DNA from: Dictyostelium discoideum
Lineage: Eukaryota
Length of the DNA stretch: 64,000 bases
Direction: 5' to 3'
Assembly: GCA_000004695.1 (NCBI GenBank)
Contig: CM000152.2
Span: forward strand, 64,001 to 128,000
Part shown: positions 35,770 to 61,578 of the stretch, one piece after another
How the letters are laid out: each line of letters opens with the position of its first letter
Position numbering within the stretch: position 1 is the first letter of the stretch
The notes under the pieces: generated by a model
Told to the model about the DNA's origin: nothing
What the model saw: the letters and a program-made list of their open reading frames with translations, nothing else
Database searches by the model: none
Position numbers and translations under genes: made by a program

Positions 35770-36330
35770 TTAAAAATCAATGGCATCTTTTGATATATTA
35801 TTATTATTAATATTATTATTATTTTGATTCATTTTTATTTTAATTTCAAAAATTTTTTCAAATGTTTTTAATAATTCACTTTGGGCCAAACTAAATTCAC
35901 TTTCTTTGTTTGTCTGACTTTTTAAAAAACCCACTCTTCTTTTTCTATTTTTTTTTTTTATTTTTTTAATGGTAAAAAATATCAATTAGAATTTAAATTA
36001 AAATTTTTTTAAAAAAAAAAAAAAAAGTAATAATAAAAATTTATATACTCACAAATTTTCACATTCATTTAATAAAATTCTTAATCTTAAAATACATTCA
36101 GATTGATGTTGGATACTTTTTAACTCATCATCTTGTATTTCATCTTCTTCAAAATTACATTTATCAAAAATTTCATTTATATCTTTTAATTTTTTTTTTA
36201 ATTCTTCTGCTGATTCTGTAAAATCATTAATTGTTGTATTTGTGTTTGTAGTTGTATTTGTAGTTGTGCTTGTGGTTGTGGTTGTTTCAGTTTTTTTTTT
36301 TTTTTTTGGGTGGGAATAACTCATTTTCAT
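35770..36330 (-). CDS. Small acidic/coiled-coil protein of unknown function (2 exons, 36330..36049 region and 35985..35770 region)
   Basis: Minus-strand ORFs MKMSYSHPKKKKKTETTTTTSTTTN...ECILRLRILLNECENL and ...KKNRKRRVGFLKSQTNKESEFSLAQSELLKTFEKIFEIKIKMNQ... are joinable through a GTGAGT donor and an aaaaaaatag acceptor. No recognisable domain. Low confidence that both belong to one transcript. Confidence 0.3.
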
Positions 36331-36382
36331 AAAATCTTTTTTCCCCGCTCATTTTCGCAAAATAAAACAAAAAAAAAAAAAA

Positions 36383-36418
<36 letters not shown>

Positions 36419-36860
36419 AAAAAAAAATAAAATAAAATAATAATTTCAAAAATGTTATCAAAAAATAAAACAATTTATCAAATTTTCAAATAAAATTTAA
36501 AATAAATATATAAATAGAAATGACAACTTAATTTTGTTTATAAACTTGGACTTATTCCAATGGTGAAGGTAAAAAAAAACAATAAAAACCTTAGAATCAA
36601 TGCTACTGGCTCTTTAGATTGACACATTTTATTTTTTTACCAATTACAATCATCTTTTTCTTTTTTTTTTTTTTTTTTTTTTTTATTTTTTTTATATTTT
36701 TTTATTTATTTTATCCTTGAATTAATTATAATTATTTTTAATTATTTTTTTTTTATTTTTAATTTTCATTTTTTTTTTATATTTATTTTTTTAATTTTTT
36801 TTTAATTTTTAGGTTTCGCATTTTTCCTTTTAAAGAGATTTCCTAAAAACAGTTATTTAA

Positions 36861-36900
<40 letters not shown>

Positions 36901-38095
36901 TTTTTTAAATTTCCAAAGAAATTTTATTGTGTCGCTTTAGATATGTTTTACATTGAATAAGTTAAAATATGGTTGAAACCGCGAACCTACCAAATTCATA
37001 GATTTCACTCAATTTTCTTTATTTTATTTAAAGTTAACAATACCAACCAAAGACGATTTATTTTTCATTGTTTCATTTCATTATTAAATTAATAAACCAA
37101 CAAAAAAAAAATCATTATTGGTAGGATTTGCAAAAGAAACAAAATTATTCCTTTTTTTTAAAATTTTAAAAGGTATTATTACTAATTAAACAAAAATAGT
37201 AAAACTAATTTTTTTTTTTTTTTTTTTTTTTTTGGCCAAAGATTTTTAAAAAACATAATAATTAAAAAAAAAAAAAAAAAACTATTTTATAAAATAAAAT
37301 AAAAAATTATAAATTCATTTTTTTTTTTTTTTTATCTATTACTTGCAAATAATAATAAAAACAGTACTATTACAATAAAATTTAAAATTCACCTCTTATC
37401 CCCATTATTCACATTTATTACTTTATTTATAAAATAATTTTTAACCGTTCAAAAAAAAAAAAAAAAACACTCGTTCGTGTGAAAAAAAATTATATCAAAA
37501 AATAAAATATTGTTTAATTTATTTCACCACAATTCTTAGTTTATTTTATAAAAAGGTATTGTTTATTTTATTTTTTTTTTTAAATTCTTTTTTTTTTTTT
37601 TTTATTTATTATTATTTTTTTTTATTTAATTGATTTATTTAAATTTAATTAAAAATGTTTTTTTTTTAATTAAAAAAAGTTTTTATTTTTTTTATTATTT
37701 TATTTTTATTTTTATTTTTATTTTTCCTTTTTCCTTTTTTTTCTTTTTTTTTTTTATTTTTAATTTTTTTTTTACTTTCAATGGATAAATAAAAATAAAC
37801 ATAAATTAAAAAAATAAATAAAAAAAAGGAAAAACTTTGAAAAAAAGGGAAATTTTTGATTGTGCGTTATTTTTAACTTTTATTAAAAAATAATAAACTA
37901 AATCCACTTTTCAACTCATAAATAATTTTTTTTTTTTTTTTTACTATTTATTACTTTTTTTTTCCAAGATAAAATAAAAAAAAAAAAAATCTAATTACTA
38001 ATTAATTTCAAATTTTTCATTGAAAAATAAAATCAATAGAAAAATAATAATAAAAATAATAATATTAATAATAATAATAATAATAAAATAATTAT

Positions 38096-38131
<36 letters not shown>

Positions 38132-38263
38132 AAGGTTTATCCTTTTATTCCATACTATATGTATAGAATATTTATTATAAGAATATAAAATTTTATATAC
38201 ATATTTGTAAATACAAAAAAAAAAATAAATAAATAGTTAGATAATAAATAATAAATAATAATA

Positions 38264-44452
<6,189 letters not shown>

Positions 44453-44475
44453 AAATATTAGATACTTTGATATAA

Positions 44476-44514
<39 letters not shown>

Positions 44515-44741
44515 ATATATTTATTTATTTATTTATTTATTTATTTTTTTATTTATTTTATTTATTTATTTATTTTATTTTATTTTTTTTATTTATACTT
44601 TTTTTTAAATACTGTAGTGGATAACAAGAATTTTGAGACGTTAATATAACTATTTCAAATTGAAAAATCTGTCATACAATAAAAAAAAAAAATAAAAATA
44701 AAAAAATAATAATAATAAAAAATATGAATAATAAATATAAA

Positions 44742-44785
<44 letters not shown>

Positions 44786-44989
44786 TAAAAAAAAAAAAAG
44801 GAAAATTAATTTAAAAAAAACAATAATAAAAAAAAAGAATAAAAAATAAAAAAAAAAAGAACAAGAAGATAAAATAAAAAAAAAATAAAAAAAAAAAGGA
44901 TTTTTCTTTTTTTTTTCATTCCTTTTCTTTTTTTTTTTTATTTTTTTTATTGAAATATCCTTTTTTCAAGAAATTTTTTTTTTTTTAGC

Positions 44990-45024
<35 letters not shown>

Positions 45025-45695
45025 ATAAAAAAGAAAAGAAAAGAAATGAAAAAAAATGAAAAAATGAGAAAAAAATAAAAAAAAAAAAAAAAATTTTTCA
45101 ATAAAATGTTGGTTGTTTTTATTATTTACATCATTGATTTTAAAAAAAAAAAAAAACCCAAAAATATTGAAATAAAACCAATAATAAATTCAAATAAATA
45201 TTTAACCCATTGATTTCAGTTGTTAATAATAATTATTAATATACAATTGTTCGAACCTAAATATAATTTACTTAAAATTAAAAATAACCCACTTGAATAT
45301 TTTTTATTTTAAAATCATTTTTTTATTTATTTTTTCACCAGTTTTTTTTTTTTTTTTACACAATTGACCCCACCCATCAAGATTAATTTGATTTTATTTT
45401 ATTTTTTTTCAAATAAAAAATTTGATCAATTTTTTTTGTGATTCCAAAAATATCTTTTTTCCAACAAAATTTTTTTTTTTTAATTTTTTTTTTTTTTACA
45501 TTTTTTTATTTTTATTTTTTCCCAAATTCCAGTTTAAAATACTTTTTTTTTTTTTTTTTTTTATTTTATTTTCATTTTAAATTTTCACAAACTACATCTT
45601 TTTATTTTTATTTTTTCTGTTTAATCTTTCCATCACAAAAAAAAAAAAAAAAAAAAAAAATTAAATAAATATATAACAGTATATTATCTTCAAAA

Positions 45696-48817
<3,122 letters not shown>

Positions 48818-49090
48818 CAATAATAATTTTTAAACCCCATAAAAAAAAAAAAAATGAATAGTTTTAATATTCATATATATATTATTTTATTGTAATTCTA
48901 TTATTTTTATAAAAAAAAAAAAAAAAAAAAGAAATATCGAAAAACATTTAATAAAACCTTATTTATTTATTTATTTATTTAAGAAAATAAACAAAAGAAA
49001 AAGTGTGTAATGATTATTTTTTAATTAAAAAATATTAAAAGTTTATTTGTTTATTTGTTTGTTTGTTTTTTTTTTACACTAAAATTTTAT

Positions 49091-49951
49091 TTATTTATTA
49101 TTTGAAGCTAATCTATCCTTCCATTTACTTTTACGTAATTTAATTGGACGATTACCAATATATTTTCCATTCATTGTATTAAAAGCAGAGATATAATCTG
49201 ATGAACTTGAAAAAGAAACAAAACCAAAACCTCTAGATTTACCAACTTTATCAAAGATAACTTTTGCTTTTAAAAAGGTTGGATATTTTAAAAATGCTTG
49301 TCTTAACATTTCTTCGGTGACATCATTACCAAGATCACCAACGAATATACGAAAATCATTTGGATCCCATTCAGCTAAAGTATGATCAGTCCATTTTTCA
49401 CCAGCAGCTTCCATAACTATATTTGTGTTTTTTTTTGGTTCTTCCATTGTAACTTGAGGTCTAAGTGCTGCAATTGATAAATTTGTTGCTGTGGTGGTTG
49501 GATAATTAACTGAAACTTTTGGTTTGTCATTAGCTAATAAATTGATTGTATTTGCTGAATATGTAACTGCTTTTGAAGATACTACAGCTTTACTTGGTGT
49601 ATTACTATTTATTGAAGTTTTTGATACCATTTGTTTCTTTTTCATTAATGAAGGAGGTATCATTGGTTTAACACCAACATTTGTTGATGTTGTATTTGAG
49701 GTAGTAGTAGTAGTAGTAGTTGTAGTTGTTGTAGTTGGTGTAGTAGTAGTGGTTGGTGTATCATCTAATTTTCTTTTTATACCTGCTGTATTTGCACTAC
49801 TAGTAGTGGCTGGTGAAGGTGCTGTACCACCACTATTAGAATTCGAATTTGAGTTAGTCTGTGTTATAATGTTATTAGTATTTTTTGAAGAATCACCCAC
49901 ATTTTCGATTTCTTTAAAAAAGTCATCTATTTCATCATTTTCAGTCGACAT
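49091..49951 (-). CDS. RBM42-like RNA-binding protein (C-terminal RRM), 286 aa, single exon
   Basis: The C-terminus WDPNDFRIFVGDLGNDVTEEMLRQAFLKYPTFLKAKVIFDKVGKSRGFGFVSFSSSSDYISAFNTMNGKYIGNRPIKLRKSKWKDR matches the RBM42 RRM (EWDPNDFRIFCGDLGNEVNDDIL..F..FPSFLKAKVIRDKRTGKTKGYGFVSFKDPSDYVRAMREMNGKYVGSRPIKLRKSMWKDR) almost position for position. The N-terminal region is a Thr/Ser/Asn-rich linker. Confidence 0.75.
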   Translation of the reverse strand: MSTENDEIDDFFKEIENVGDSSKNTNNIITQTNSNSNSNSGGTAPSPATTSSANTAGIKRKLDDTPTTTTTPTTTTTTTTTTTTSNTTSTNVGVKPMIPPSLMKKKQMVSKTSINSNTPSKAVVSSKAVTYSANTINLLANDKPKVSVNYPTTTATNLSIAALRPQVTMEEPKKNTNIVMEAAGEKWTDHTLAEWDPNDFRIFVGDLGNDVTEEMLRQAFLKYPTFLKAKVIFDKVGKSRGFGFVSFSSSSDYISAFNTMNGKYIGNRPIKLRKSKWKDRLASNNK

Positions 49952-50290
49952 CTTTATTTATATGTATTTAAAAGAAAATGAAAAAAAAAAAAAATTAAAA
50001 AATTAAAAAAAAAAAAAAAAAAAAAATCGTATGGTTGTGTTAGAAAAAAAAAAAAAAACTAAAAATAAAAAATGAAAAAATAAAAATAAAAATAAAATAA
50101 TTTAATGAGAACTAAAAATAAAATGATATTATAAATATGAATATACAAACTATATACCATTTAAACGTTTATTAATTATTAATTATTTCCATTATGATAT
50201 TGATTATTGCTAATTATTATTATTATTATTTATTATTTTTTTTTAATAATATTGTACCATTATCTCTTTTTTTTTTTATTTTTTTTTTAT

Positions 50291-52176
50291 TTATTTTGAA
50301 TCTTTTAAATTTTGATCATTTAAATTTGTAAATGAAGAACTTGTACCAGATAATCTTTTTGTTTTTGATTCTTGAGCCAATTTAACTCTTCTTTCACGTA
50401 AAGACATTTTACCAGATTTCATATCACCAAGTGAATTTGATAATTCTTCAGAGGAATTACCACCATTACTACCGGATAAACTATTGTTACTACCATGGGA
50501 GGCATGATTTTCATTACCACCTATTGATTCAACATCCTTGGTATTGTATTGACCAGAGGAACGAGTGAATTTCTCTTCAATTTTTTGTTTAGTTTGTTCA
50601 GCTTTTTCAACGACATGACTCATTTGTCTATCGTTATGATCACTTAGGGTCTTTTGATATTCTACTTTTTCAATGTTAATTGCTTTAATCCATTCGGAGA
50701 GAGTATCTTTATCGGGGGCAGTAATCATCATAGAGAATGATTTTTCTTTTAGAATTTGAAGATTTAATGAACCTTCAAACTCTTTTAGCACCAATTGATG
50801 AAGGAAAATGATTTGTTCGAATTGAAGACGAATTGTTTTTTGTTTACCAAAGAAAGAGGAACCACTTGATTTATTTGGACGAGTGATTGCCAAACTATCA
50901 TTAAAGAGATAGAGTACGATTAAACTTTTCTTTCCCTTTGGTAGTACCTCATGAAATTCACCTTCCTTAATGAAACGTCTATGAGATTTAGCGAGTTGTT
51001 GAGTTTGATCACCATCTAATTTCTCTTGAATCTCTGCCAACTTCATGATACTTTCAGCCTCCTTTCTCATTTCATTCATATTCTCTGCGACACTATTAAT
51101 CTTTTCAAAGGCGATTTTCAATTGTTCATAGTCTGGATGTGTTGGCCAAGTATGACCAATCATATCTTTGATCAATAATGAGTATCTTGGAATACGTTGA
51201 ATGGGTCTAATTAAGTAATCCTCCAAACCACGTAACTTGATCTCTTCGTTTGATTCCTTAACTTTGTTCAAATAGGATTTGAATTTGGTTTGTTTCTTAC
51301 ATTCATTTAGTACACCCATCGCTTCGCTATAACTTCTACTATATTGAGAGTAGATCTTTAGGAAATTGGAAAACTTTATAAAGATATCACCAATCAATGT
51401 ATCCACTTTCCAGTCTTTAGTTCTACCCTCTAAATCGATCAATAAACGTTTATTGTATGACAAGATAATTGATACTTCACTAAAAATAGATTGAACTTCC
51501 TCTTGTGAAATAATTGGTGATCCCTTTTCAATGGCTTCTCTAAGATCCTTTAAAATATGATCATGAAGAAATGCTAAACGATTAATATATTCAACTTCTG
51601 TTTTCATAATCTCTTGTACAATTCTTTCTCTATAAGCTGAATCACGTGCTTGAATTTTCTTTCTATTTCTTTCAATCCATGCTCTTGTTGCTCTTTGAAT
51701 TCTAATTGCTGCTCTTTCTTCTAATGATAATTTTGTTGTTGTTTTAGTTGTTGTTGTTGTTGTTGTTGTTGGTGTTGGTGTTGTTACATTTGTTGTTGGT
51801 GTTGGTTGTTGTACAGTAGTTGTTGGTGTTGGTGTTGGTGTTGGTGTTGATGTTGATGTTGATGTTGATGTTGCATTTACGGAACTGGTGGAGGTAGTAG
51901 TAGTTGTTGTTGTTGTAGTTGTTGTTGATGGTGTTACAGTTGCAGTTGAAACTACAGTTGATTTAGTTGGTGAAGCAGTATCAGAAGATTTAACAACTGG
52001 TGAAGTTGCTGGTGAATTATTTAATGATACTTGATCTGGTGCTGAAGTACCCTTTACATAACCAGTAATAATTGGTGATGCTGGTTGTGATAAACTATTT
52101 CTATCAGATTTTGGTGACTATTTAATTATAATAAAAAAATAAAATAAAATATTAAAGCATAGTTAGTAAAGGCATT

Positions 52177-52210
<34 letters not shown>

Positions 52211-52400
52211 TTTGTCAAATAAGTGATTATGGTTTTGGTGGAGTGTGGCTTTGTGATTACAAACATTATCAACATCATCATCATTGATTTCAACTTTATC
52301 AACTACCTCTTCTTTATTGATTTCATTGATGCTATTATCTTTTTTAGTTGTGTTACTTTTAGGATTATCATAATTATTACTATTACTAGTACTATTACTA

Positions 52401-52434
<34 letters not shown>

Positions 52435-52812
52435 CACTGTTATTATTTTTATTATTATCTTTTAAACTTTCACTAATATCACCATAACTACTACTAAAAT
52501 GATTTAAACTTGTATTATTTATACTTCCGGCACTACTGCTGACACTACGATTTCTAGAAATCAAGTTATTACTATTTGCGCTATTATAGTGAGTTGTACT
52601 TGAATATTTCCATTGATCCAATGTTTTTGGGGGTGATTGTGCTTGTTGAGTAGGGTTGCTGTTGTTATTATTATTATTATTATTATAATTATCATTATTT
52701 TTATTTGGTTTGAATTTTATTGTACAATATGGGCTATTATATGATGTCCCATTTGATGATATAAATACTGATTTTGATTTACTGGTATTATTATTAAAAA
52801 CACTATTATTAC

Positions 52813-52893
<81 letters not shown>

Positions 52894-54239
52894 GACTGTT
52901 ACTATTATTATTATTATTATTATTATTGTTGTTATTATTATATTTTGTACTATTAAAAAAAGAAGGTTCTTTCCATTTTTTTAATATATCTTTAAATGAA
53001 AATTCCCCCAAACTATTATTATTTTTATTATTATTATTATTATTATTATTACTACTATTACTACTAATATAACTACTATTATTACTACTACTACTACTAC
53101 TACTACTATTATTATTATTATTATTATTATCTACATTTTTATTTTTAATATTAAGATCACTTTTATTATATCTTATACTACCAGTACTATTGCAACTATC
53201 ACTTAAACTACTATTACTATTTATATTGTTTCCACTATTAACAGTCTCATCCTTTATAAAGTCATCCATAGAGTTGGTAGATATTGATGAAGTTGAAAAA
53301 AGAGGTGAAGATGATAAAGAAGAGTAAGATGATGAGGGTGATGATAGTGTACTATTATTTTTACTATTATTATTACTAATACTATTATTAATAATACCAC
53401 CACTATTACTACAATTATTATTATTATTATTATTTAAATTATTATTATTTAAATTATTTACCCTTAAAACAGGACTATTATCAGGATAAAGTTGCTTTTG
53501 TGCGGCGATATGTTTGAATAATTGATTTTTAGTTTCTTCAACAGAGTTACCCTCATTTTGAGTTTGACTCTTTTTAATTACTTCTTGTCTTTTATTCTCT
53601 CTAATTGTAAATTGTGCTAACAATTGTTCTGCATGATTAATTTGATCATTTGAAAATTTCTCTTCCTCTGCATTAAGTTGTGGCCATTCAACTGAAAAAT
53701 CATAATTGCTATCTGAATTTGCAATCTATAATTTTTTTATAATAAAATTAATATAATAAAAATAAATAAAATAAAAATAAATAAAATAAAAATAAAAAAA
53801 TAAATAAGTTTTTATTTTTATTAATAGGGAAAAAAAAAAAAAAAAATAAATAAATAATAATAAAACTTACTTTACAAACAGATTCTAAACATTCAATTAC
53901 TCTTCTAATATTTGAATAAGTGATTTGATTATTAACGATATCTAATAATGTGAATCTTTTATGACGTGGTACACCCATATCAGCACATGCTTGAATAAAG
54001 AAAGATATGTTTTCATTGTATTTGAAACGAATGGTTGTTTTTGGTGTATTGGCTGTATCTGGATTGGAAATTCTTGGCATTAATCTTGGACTAATCGTAT
54101 GCATAACTTTACATAATAATACACCATCATCTAAAATCTGTGCAAAATCTTTACTTTGATCAATTTTAATATCCAATACATTCTCTATCCATTGTAATGC
54201 TGCTTTTTTCTTACAAAGAAATGCTGCTGATTTACTCAT
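50291..54239 (-). CDS. Calponin-homology (CH) domain + Dbl-homology/PH RhoGEF, >1200 aa; exons 54239..53871 (CH), 53725..~52265 (Asn/Ser-rich linker), 52108..50291 (DH-PH)
   Basis: Exon 1 (MSKSAAFLCKKKAALQWIENVLDIKIDQSKDFAQILDDGVLLCKVMHTISPRL...FIQACADMGVP...FTLLDIV) is a CH domain, with donor AAA|GTAAGT. Exon 2 starts after attatag| (IANSDSNYDFSVEWPQL...) and is dominated by poly-Asn/Ser. Exon 3 starts after taattaaatag| at 52108 (SPKSDRNSLSQPASP...) and contains the DH domain (EVEYINRLAFLHDHI...LEDYLIRPIQRIPRYSLLIKDM) followed by PH (KEGEFHEVLPKGKKSLIVLYLFNDSLAI). All three frames are closed upstream of 52108, so an intron is required there. The only in-phase donor candidate for exon 2 is a non-consensus AAT|GTTTGT at 52259-52264. 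Confidence 0.55.
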
Positions 54240-54240
54240 T

Positions 54241-54300
54241 TTATATATTTGATTTTATGTATGTATGTGTATGTATCTGTGTGTATGTGTATGTGTGTGT
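54241..54300. repeat. (GT)n/(GTAT)n microsatellite; second (GT)10 at 54471..54490; (CA)7 at 34461..34474
   Basis: Read directly (atgtatgtgtatgtatctgtgtgtatgtgtatgtgtgtgtgtgtg). Confidence 0.9.
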
Positions 54301-54870
54301 GTGTGAGTTAGAAAGTTTTTTTTCTTTTTTAAAAAGTGTATTTTTTTTTTTTTTTTTTTTTTTTTCTTTGTAAAAAAAAAAAAAAAAAAAAAAAGTGAGA
54401 AAGAAAATTATAAAAACTATTTATATTATTTATTTATTTAATTTTATTTATTTTTATTTATTTTTATTGTGTGTGTGTGTGTGATACTATCTTGATGGTG
54501 AGTTTTGTGAATGAGTAATGTACTGGGAGTGTGGTTTTTGAGAAAAGAATAAAAAAAAGAAAAAATTAAAAAAAAAAAAAAAATTTCTTTTTTTTATTTT
54601 TTTTATTTTTATTTTTATTTTTGGATGTGTGTGTTAAATGTGATTTTTTTTGATTTTTTTTTTAAACAAAATGAAACAAAAATAAAAATAAAAAAATAAA
54701 AAAATAAAAAAATAAAAAAATAAAAAAAATATATATATACTGAGGTTATATGTGTGATTGTGATTGAAAGTGTTGATAGTGGATTAATATTTTTTTTTTT
54801 TTTTTTTTTTTCTAAAATTTTATTATAAAAAAAAAAAAATTTAAAAAAAAAAAAAAAAATGGGTTGGTTC

Positions 54871-54907
<37 letters not shown>

Positions 54908-55292
54908 AAAATAAAAATAAAAATAGAAATAAAACTTTTACTAACAACAACAAGTTACATTTTGTTTTTAAAAAAATAAATAACAATAATTTTAATTATA
55001 ATATAATTTTTTATTATTTTTAATTTTAATTTTATTTTATTTTTATAATTTTTCGTATTATGTTTTTATTATTTGGTATCAAATAAAAAAGTTCAAACAA
55101 AAATCTAAAATACAGATAAACATTTTATAAAACCAAATTTATTTTAAATTACTTTTTATTATCGTGAAGGAAATTTAAAAAATTATTTGTCTCAAACATT
55201 TTAAAATGAGATCGTTTTTTTTTTTTTTTTAACCAACGAAATTTCAATTGAGATAATGTCGATTAAAAAAAAATTTATCACTTAATAATTTC

Positions 55293-55335
<43 letters not shown>

Positions 55336-55458
55336 CTTTTTTATTTTTTTTATTTTTTTTTTGATCTGATAGACTTAATTTTTTAAGAACAAATCATTTC
55401 AAAATGCAGTATAAATTTCAAAATAAATTTTTTTTTTTTTTTTTTAAAATTAGATCAA

Positions 55459-55460
<2 letters not shown>

Positions 55461-55539
<79 letters not shown>

Positions 55540-55540
55540 A
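55461..55540. repeat. (AAAT)n microsatellite, ~20 units, upstream of the kinase gene
   Basis: Read directly. Confidence 0.95.
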
Positions 55541-55613
55541 AAAATAAATAAAAAAATAAAAAATATAAACCAGGTTTTATATAAAAGAAGGATTAGTGAA
55601 CAATTGTAATAAA

Positions 55614-58566
<2,953 letters not shown>

Positions 58567-58658
58567 TATTGTTATTATAAGATTAAAAATTCAATTTTAA
58601 ATTACTTTAAATTATTAATACCACTACATTATAAACATTCTCACACATATTATATAGA

Positions 58659-61060
58659 TAGTTTTAATTTAGTAATATCTCTAGAAGATGATAATAAATT
58701 TGAATTATATTATTCAAATTCAGTTTCACCATTTTCAAGTGACGGATTTATTAGATCATTCTATGATATTGGTAAATGGGTATTTGGAAATTTAAATAAT
58801 CAAGAAGAAGAAGGTGATCAACTAGTGAAAATGAAAAGTTATTTTTCATTTTTAAGAATTTTAAGTGAATTAAGTTGGTTTTGTAATATTTTAGGTAGTG
58901 GTAATGTTCACAATTCAATTGTTTATAATGAATTAAATATTTATTATTATTTAAAAATGCTTTTACCATTATTGAATGATATTAAAATTAATGTTTTTCA
59001 TTATCAAATCCAAAATGATATATTTGCAAAAATTATCATTGGAAATACTCAATACAATATTATTAATTTAATTGAACCAAATCATATTGATGATCCATTT
59101 TCAATGGTTCAATATCATTTATATATTATGGAACTTGAAAAAATTGAAACAAGTGATGTATGTATATTACTTATTTATTTTTTATTTAATTATTTAAATA
59201 TTATATTAACATTGCCTGATATCAATTGTACATATATAGAAATTCACATGTTTAAGAAAGCAATTTAATCAAAGACCACAAAAACAATCAAAGATATTTG
59301 AAATTCCAAATCCTAATAATTCAATCGATGAAATATTAATTGAACCAACATTAATTGTTCAAGATATAAATACATCATTTCAATTTTTTAAAGTAAATGG
59401 TATAATTAAAACAATTGAAGATTTTAATCAAGAAAAAGAGTGAGTATTTGATTTGTACCATAAATTTTATTTTAAATCATTATTAATTATTAATTTTTAT
59501 TATTTTTTCTAAAAAAAAAAACAGTTATAGTAATATTATTATTTTAAGATCATTTTTATATTTCTTGCAATACCTTTTCAAGAATCCATCAAAAACAACA
59601 TTATTAGTTTTATTTGATATTAGGAAAATTGATTTTGATAATATTAATTCTTCAAACGATATTGATAATGAAAGCATACCTCAATATTTATGTTTTGATT
59701 TCTTATATTTTATCAAACAAATGTATGGAATTGATATATATTTCCAATTTGTAAGTATTTATAAAACTTTTATTAAGATCAATAATTTTTTAAATATTAT
59801 TTATTGTATTATTTATTAATTTTTTTAATTTTTAAAAAAAAAAAAAAGGAAGATTTTTTGGAAATAATATCAACTAGACCATCAATAGTATCAAATATCA
59901 TTCAATCAAATAAAAAAAAGATATTAAATGATATTATTTGCATGGATATTATTGAAAATGATATATCAATGAAAGATGTATTTTATTTACTTTCTGTTGA
60001 TATTATAAAAACAATTTCACCAACAGTAAATTTAGTTATTTATGATAAAAGAGTAATGTATTATTATTATTGTTTTTTATAATGATTTAAATTAACAAAA
60101 TTTTTAACAATCAATTTTATTATTATTATAGTACTATATTCAAAAAGAAGTTGGATCAATTTCAAAAATTAGAGAATGGAAAAAGTTTGGAATTATATCT
60201 TCACATCCAGATGCAGTGGTTTTTTTAAAATATGGTAAAAAAGATTTAAAATCAGCAATGTTGGATAATGGTAAAGTGAATGATGAAAATTATTATGGTA
60301 TTGCTGTTGAGGATTATATGAAATCTAATGAATTAAATATACTCTATTATTTATTGAGTAAACAAGAAGAACCAGATTTCACCAATATTGAAAGATATTA
60401 TTTGGAAAATGATAAAATCTATGCAATGTTTCCATATGTCAATGGTAGTTGCAATTTATCTGAAATTGATAATTTAAATGAAATGGATTTACTCAACATA
60501 TTATATCAACTTTGTTTTCAATTACATCAATTGGAAAATCTTGGTATATTTCATAGAGATGTTAAACCTGAAAATATAATTTCTCTAAGATATGGAAATG
60601 GTGGAATCGTGGTATTTATAGTTGATTTCGGTATATCACAATACAAAGGAAAACATTTAGAAAATTATTATTCACGTGATGGTACATTTGGATATCAAGC
60701 TCCAGTAAGTATTTAAATACTATATTTATCTTAAATAGTTTAAACTAATTCACATTTTTAATTTTAACATTAAAAGGAAATTTATAGAGAAGAGTTGAGA
60801 GGTGATGGTGATATTAAAACTCAAAAATATAAAATGGATGTTTTCAGTTTAGGTTGCACTATGGCTTTTTTAATTAAAAAGTTTAATATTACATCAACAT
60901 ACTTAAACGATTTCATTGATAATATGACACAACCTCATGTATGTAAATCATTTAAAAAATAAACTGAAAAAAAAAAAAAAAAAAACTAATATTTTTTTAG
61001 TATAACGATCGTTTTAGTATAGACCAATGTTTAGAAATAATAAAAAGTTGGAAAAAATGA
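58659..61060 (+). CDS. Second kinase unit with C-terminal canonical kinase domain; exons ~58659(or ATG 58831)..59157, 59240..59439, 59525..59750, 59849..60052, 60132..60704, 60777..60938, 61001..61060
   Basis: The kinase domain spans exons 5-7 (…LCFQLHQLENLGIFHRDVKPENIISLRYGNGGIVVFIVDFGISQYKGKHLENYYSRDGTFGYQAP | EIYREELRGDGDIKTQKYKMDVFSLGCTMAFLI… | YNDRFSIDQCLEIIKSWKK*). It has HRDVKPEN, DFG and APE motifs. Donors are GTATGT, GTGAGT, GTAAGT, GTAATG, GTAAGT and GTATGT, and acceptors are all AT-rich ...ag. Whether this is a separate gene starting at ATG 58831 or the 3' half of the 55614 gene is unresolved. Confidence 0.5.
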
Positions 61061-61178
61061 TAATAACTTGGATTTATTTTTTTTTTTTTTAGTGGTGAAT
61101 ATCCAAAAATATTTATTTAATTTTAAATACCACAAATATAAAATAAAAAAAAAATAAAAAATAAAAAATAAAAAAAAA

Positions 61179-61210
<32 letters not shown>

Positions 61211-61277
61211 ATATATAAATAAATAAATAAATAATACTTGTATAATTTAAATTATTTACTTATTTGATTTTATTTGA

Positions 61278-61309
<32 letters not shown>

Positions 61310-61578
61310 TTCTATAAATAGAATACTCCAAACATCAAAAAATAAAAAATAGAAATGATTAATAAAATAAGTAAATTTTAAAAAAGGAAAAAAAATAAAA
61401 TAAATTATTTTTTTGAAGATAATTTTTTTATTTTTTTTTATTTTTTTTTTTTTAAAATTTCATTTTTTTTAATTTTTTTTTTTTTTATTTTATTTTTTTT
61501 TAATTTTTTTTTTTTTTTTTTTAATTGAAACACATTATTATTGTTGTAGTAACATATTAAGATTAATCAAATAAAAAG

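Noticed and set aside
52223-52895. Plus-strand ORFs 52223..52465 and 52710..52895 (poly-Ile / poly-Leu)
   Set aside because: They are antisense to the poly-Asn linker exon of the CH-DH-PH RhoGEF.
54615-54986. Minus-strand 123-aa ORF rich in Phe/Lys
   Set aside because: It is AT homopolymer intergenic DNA with no codon bias.
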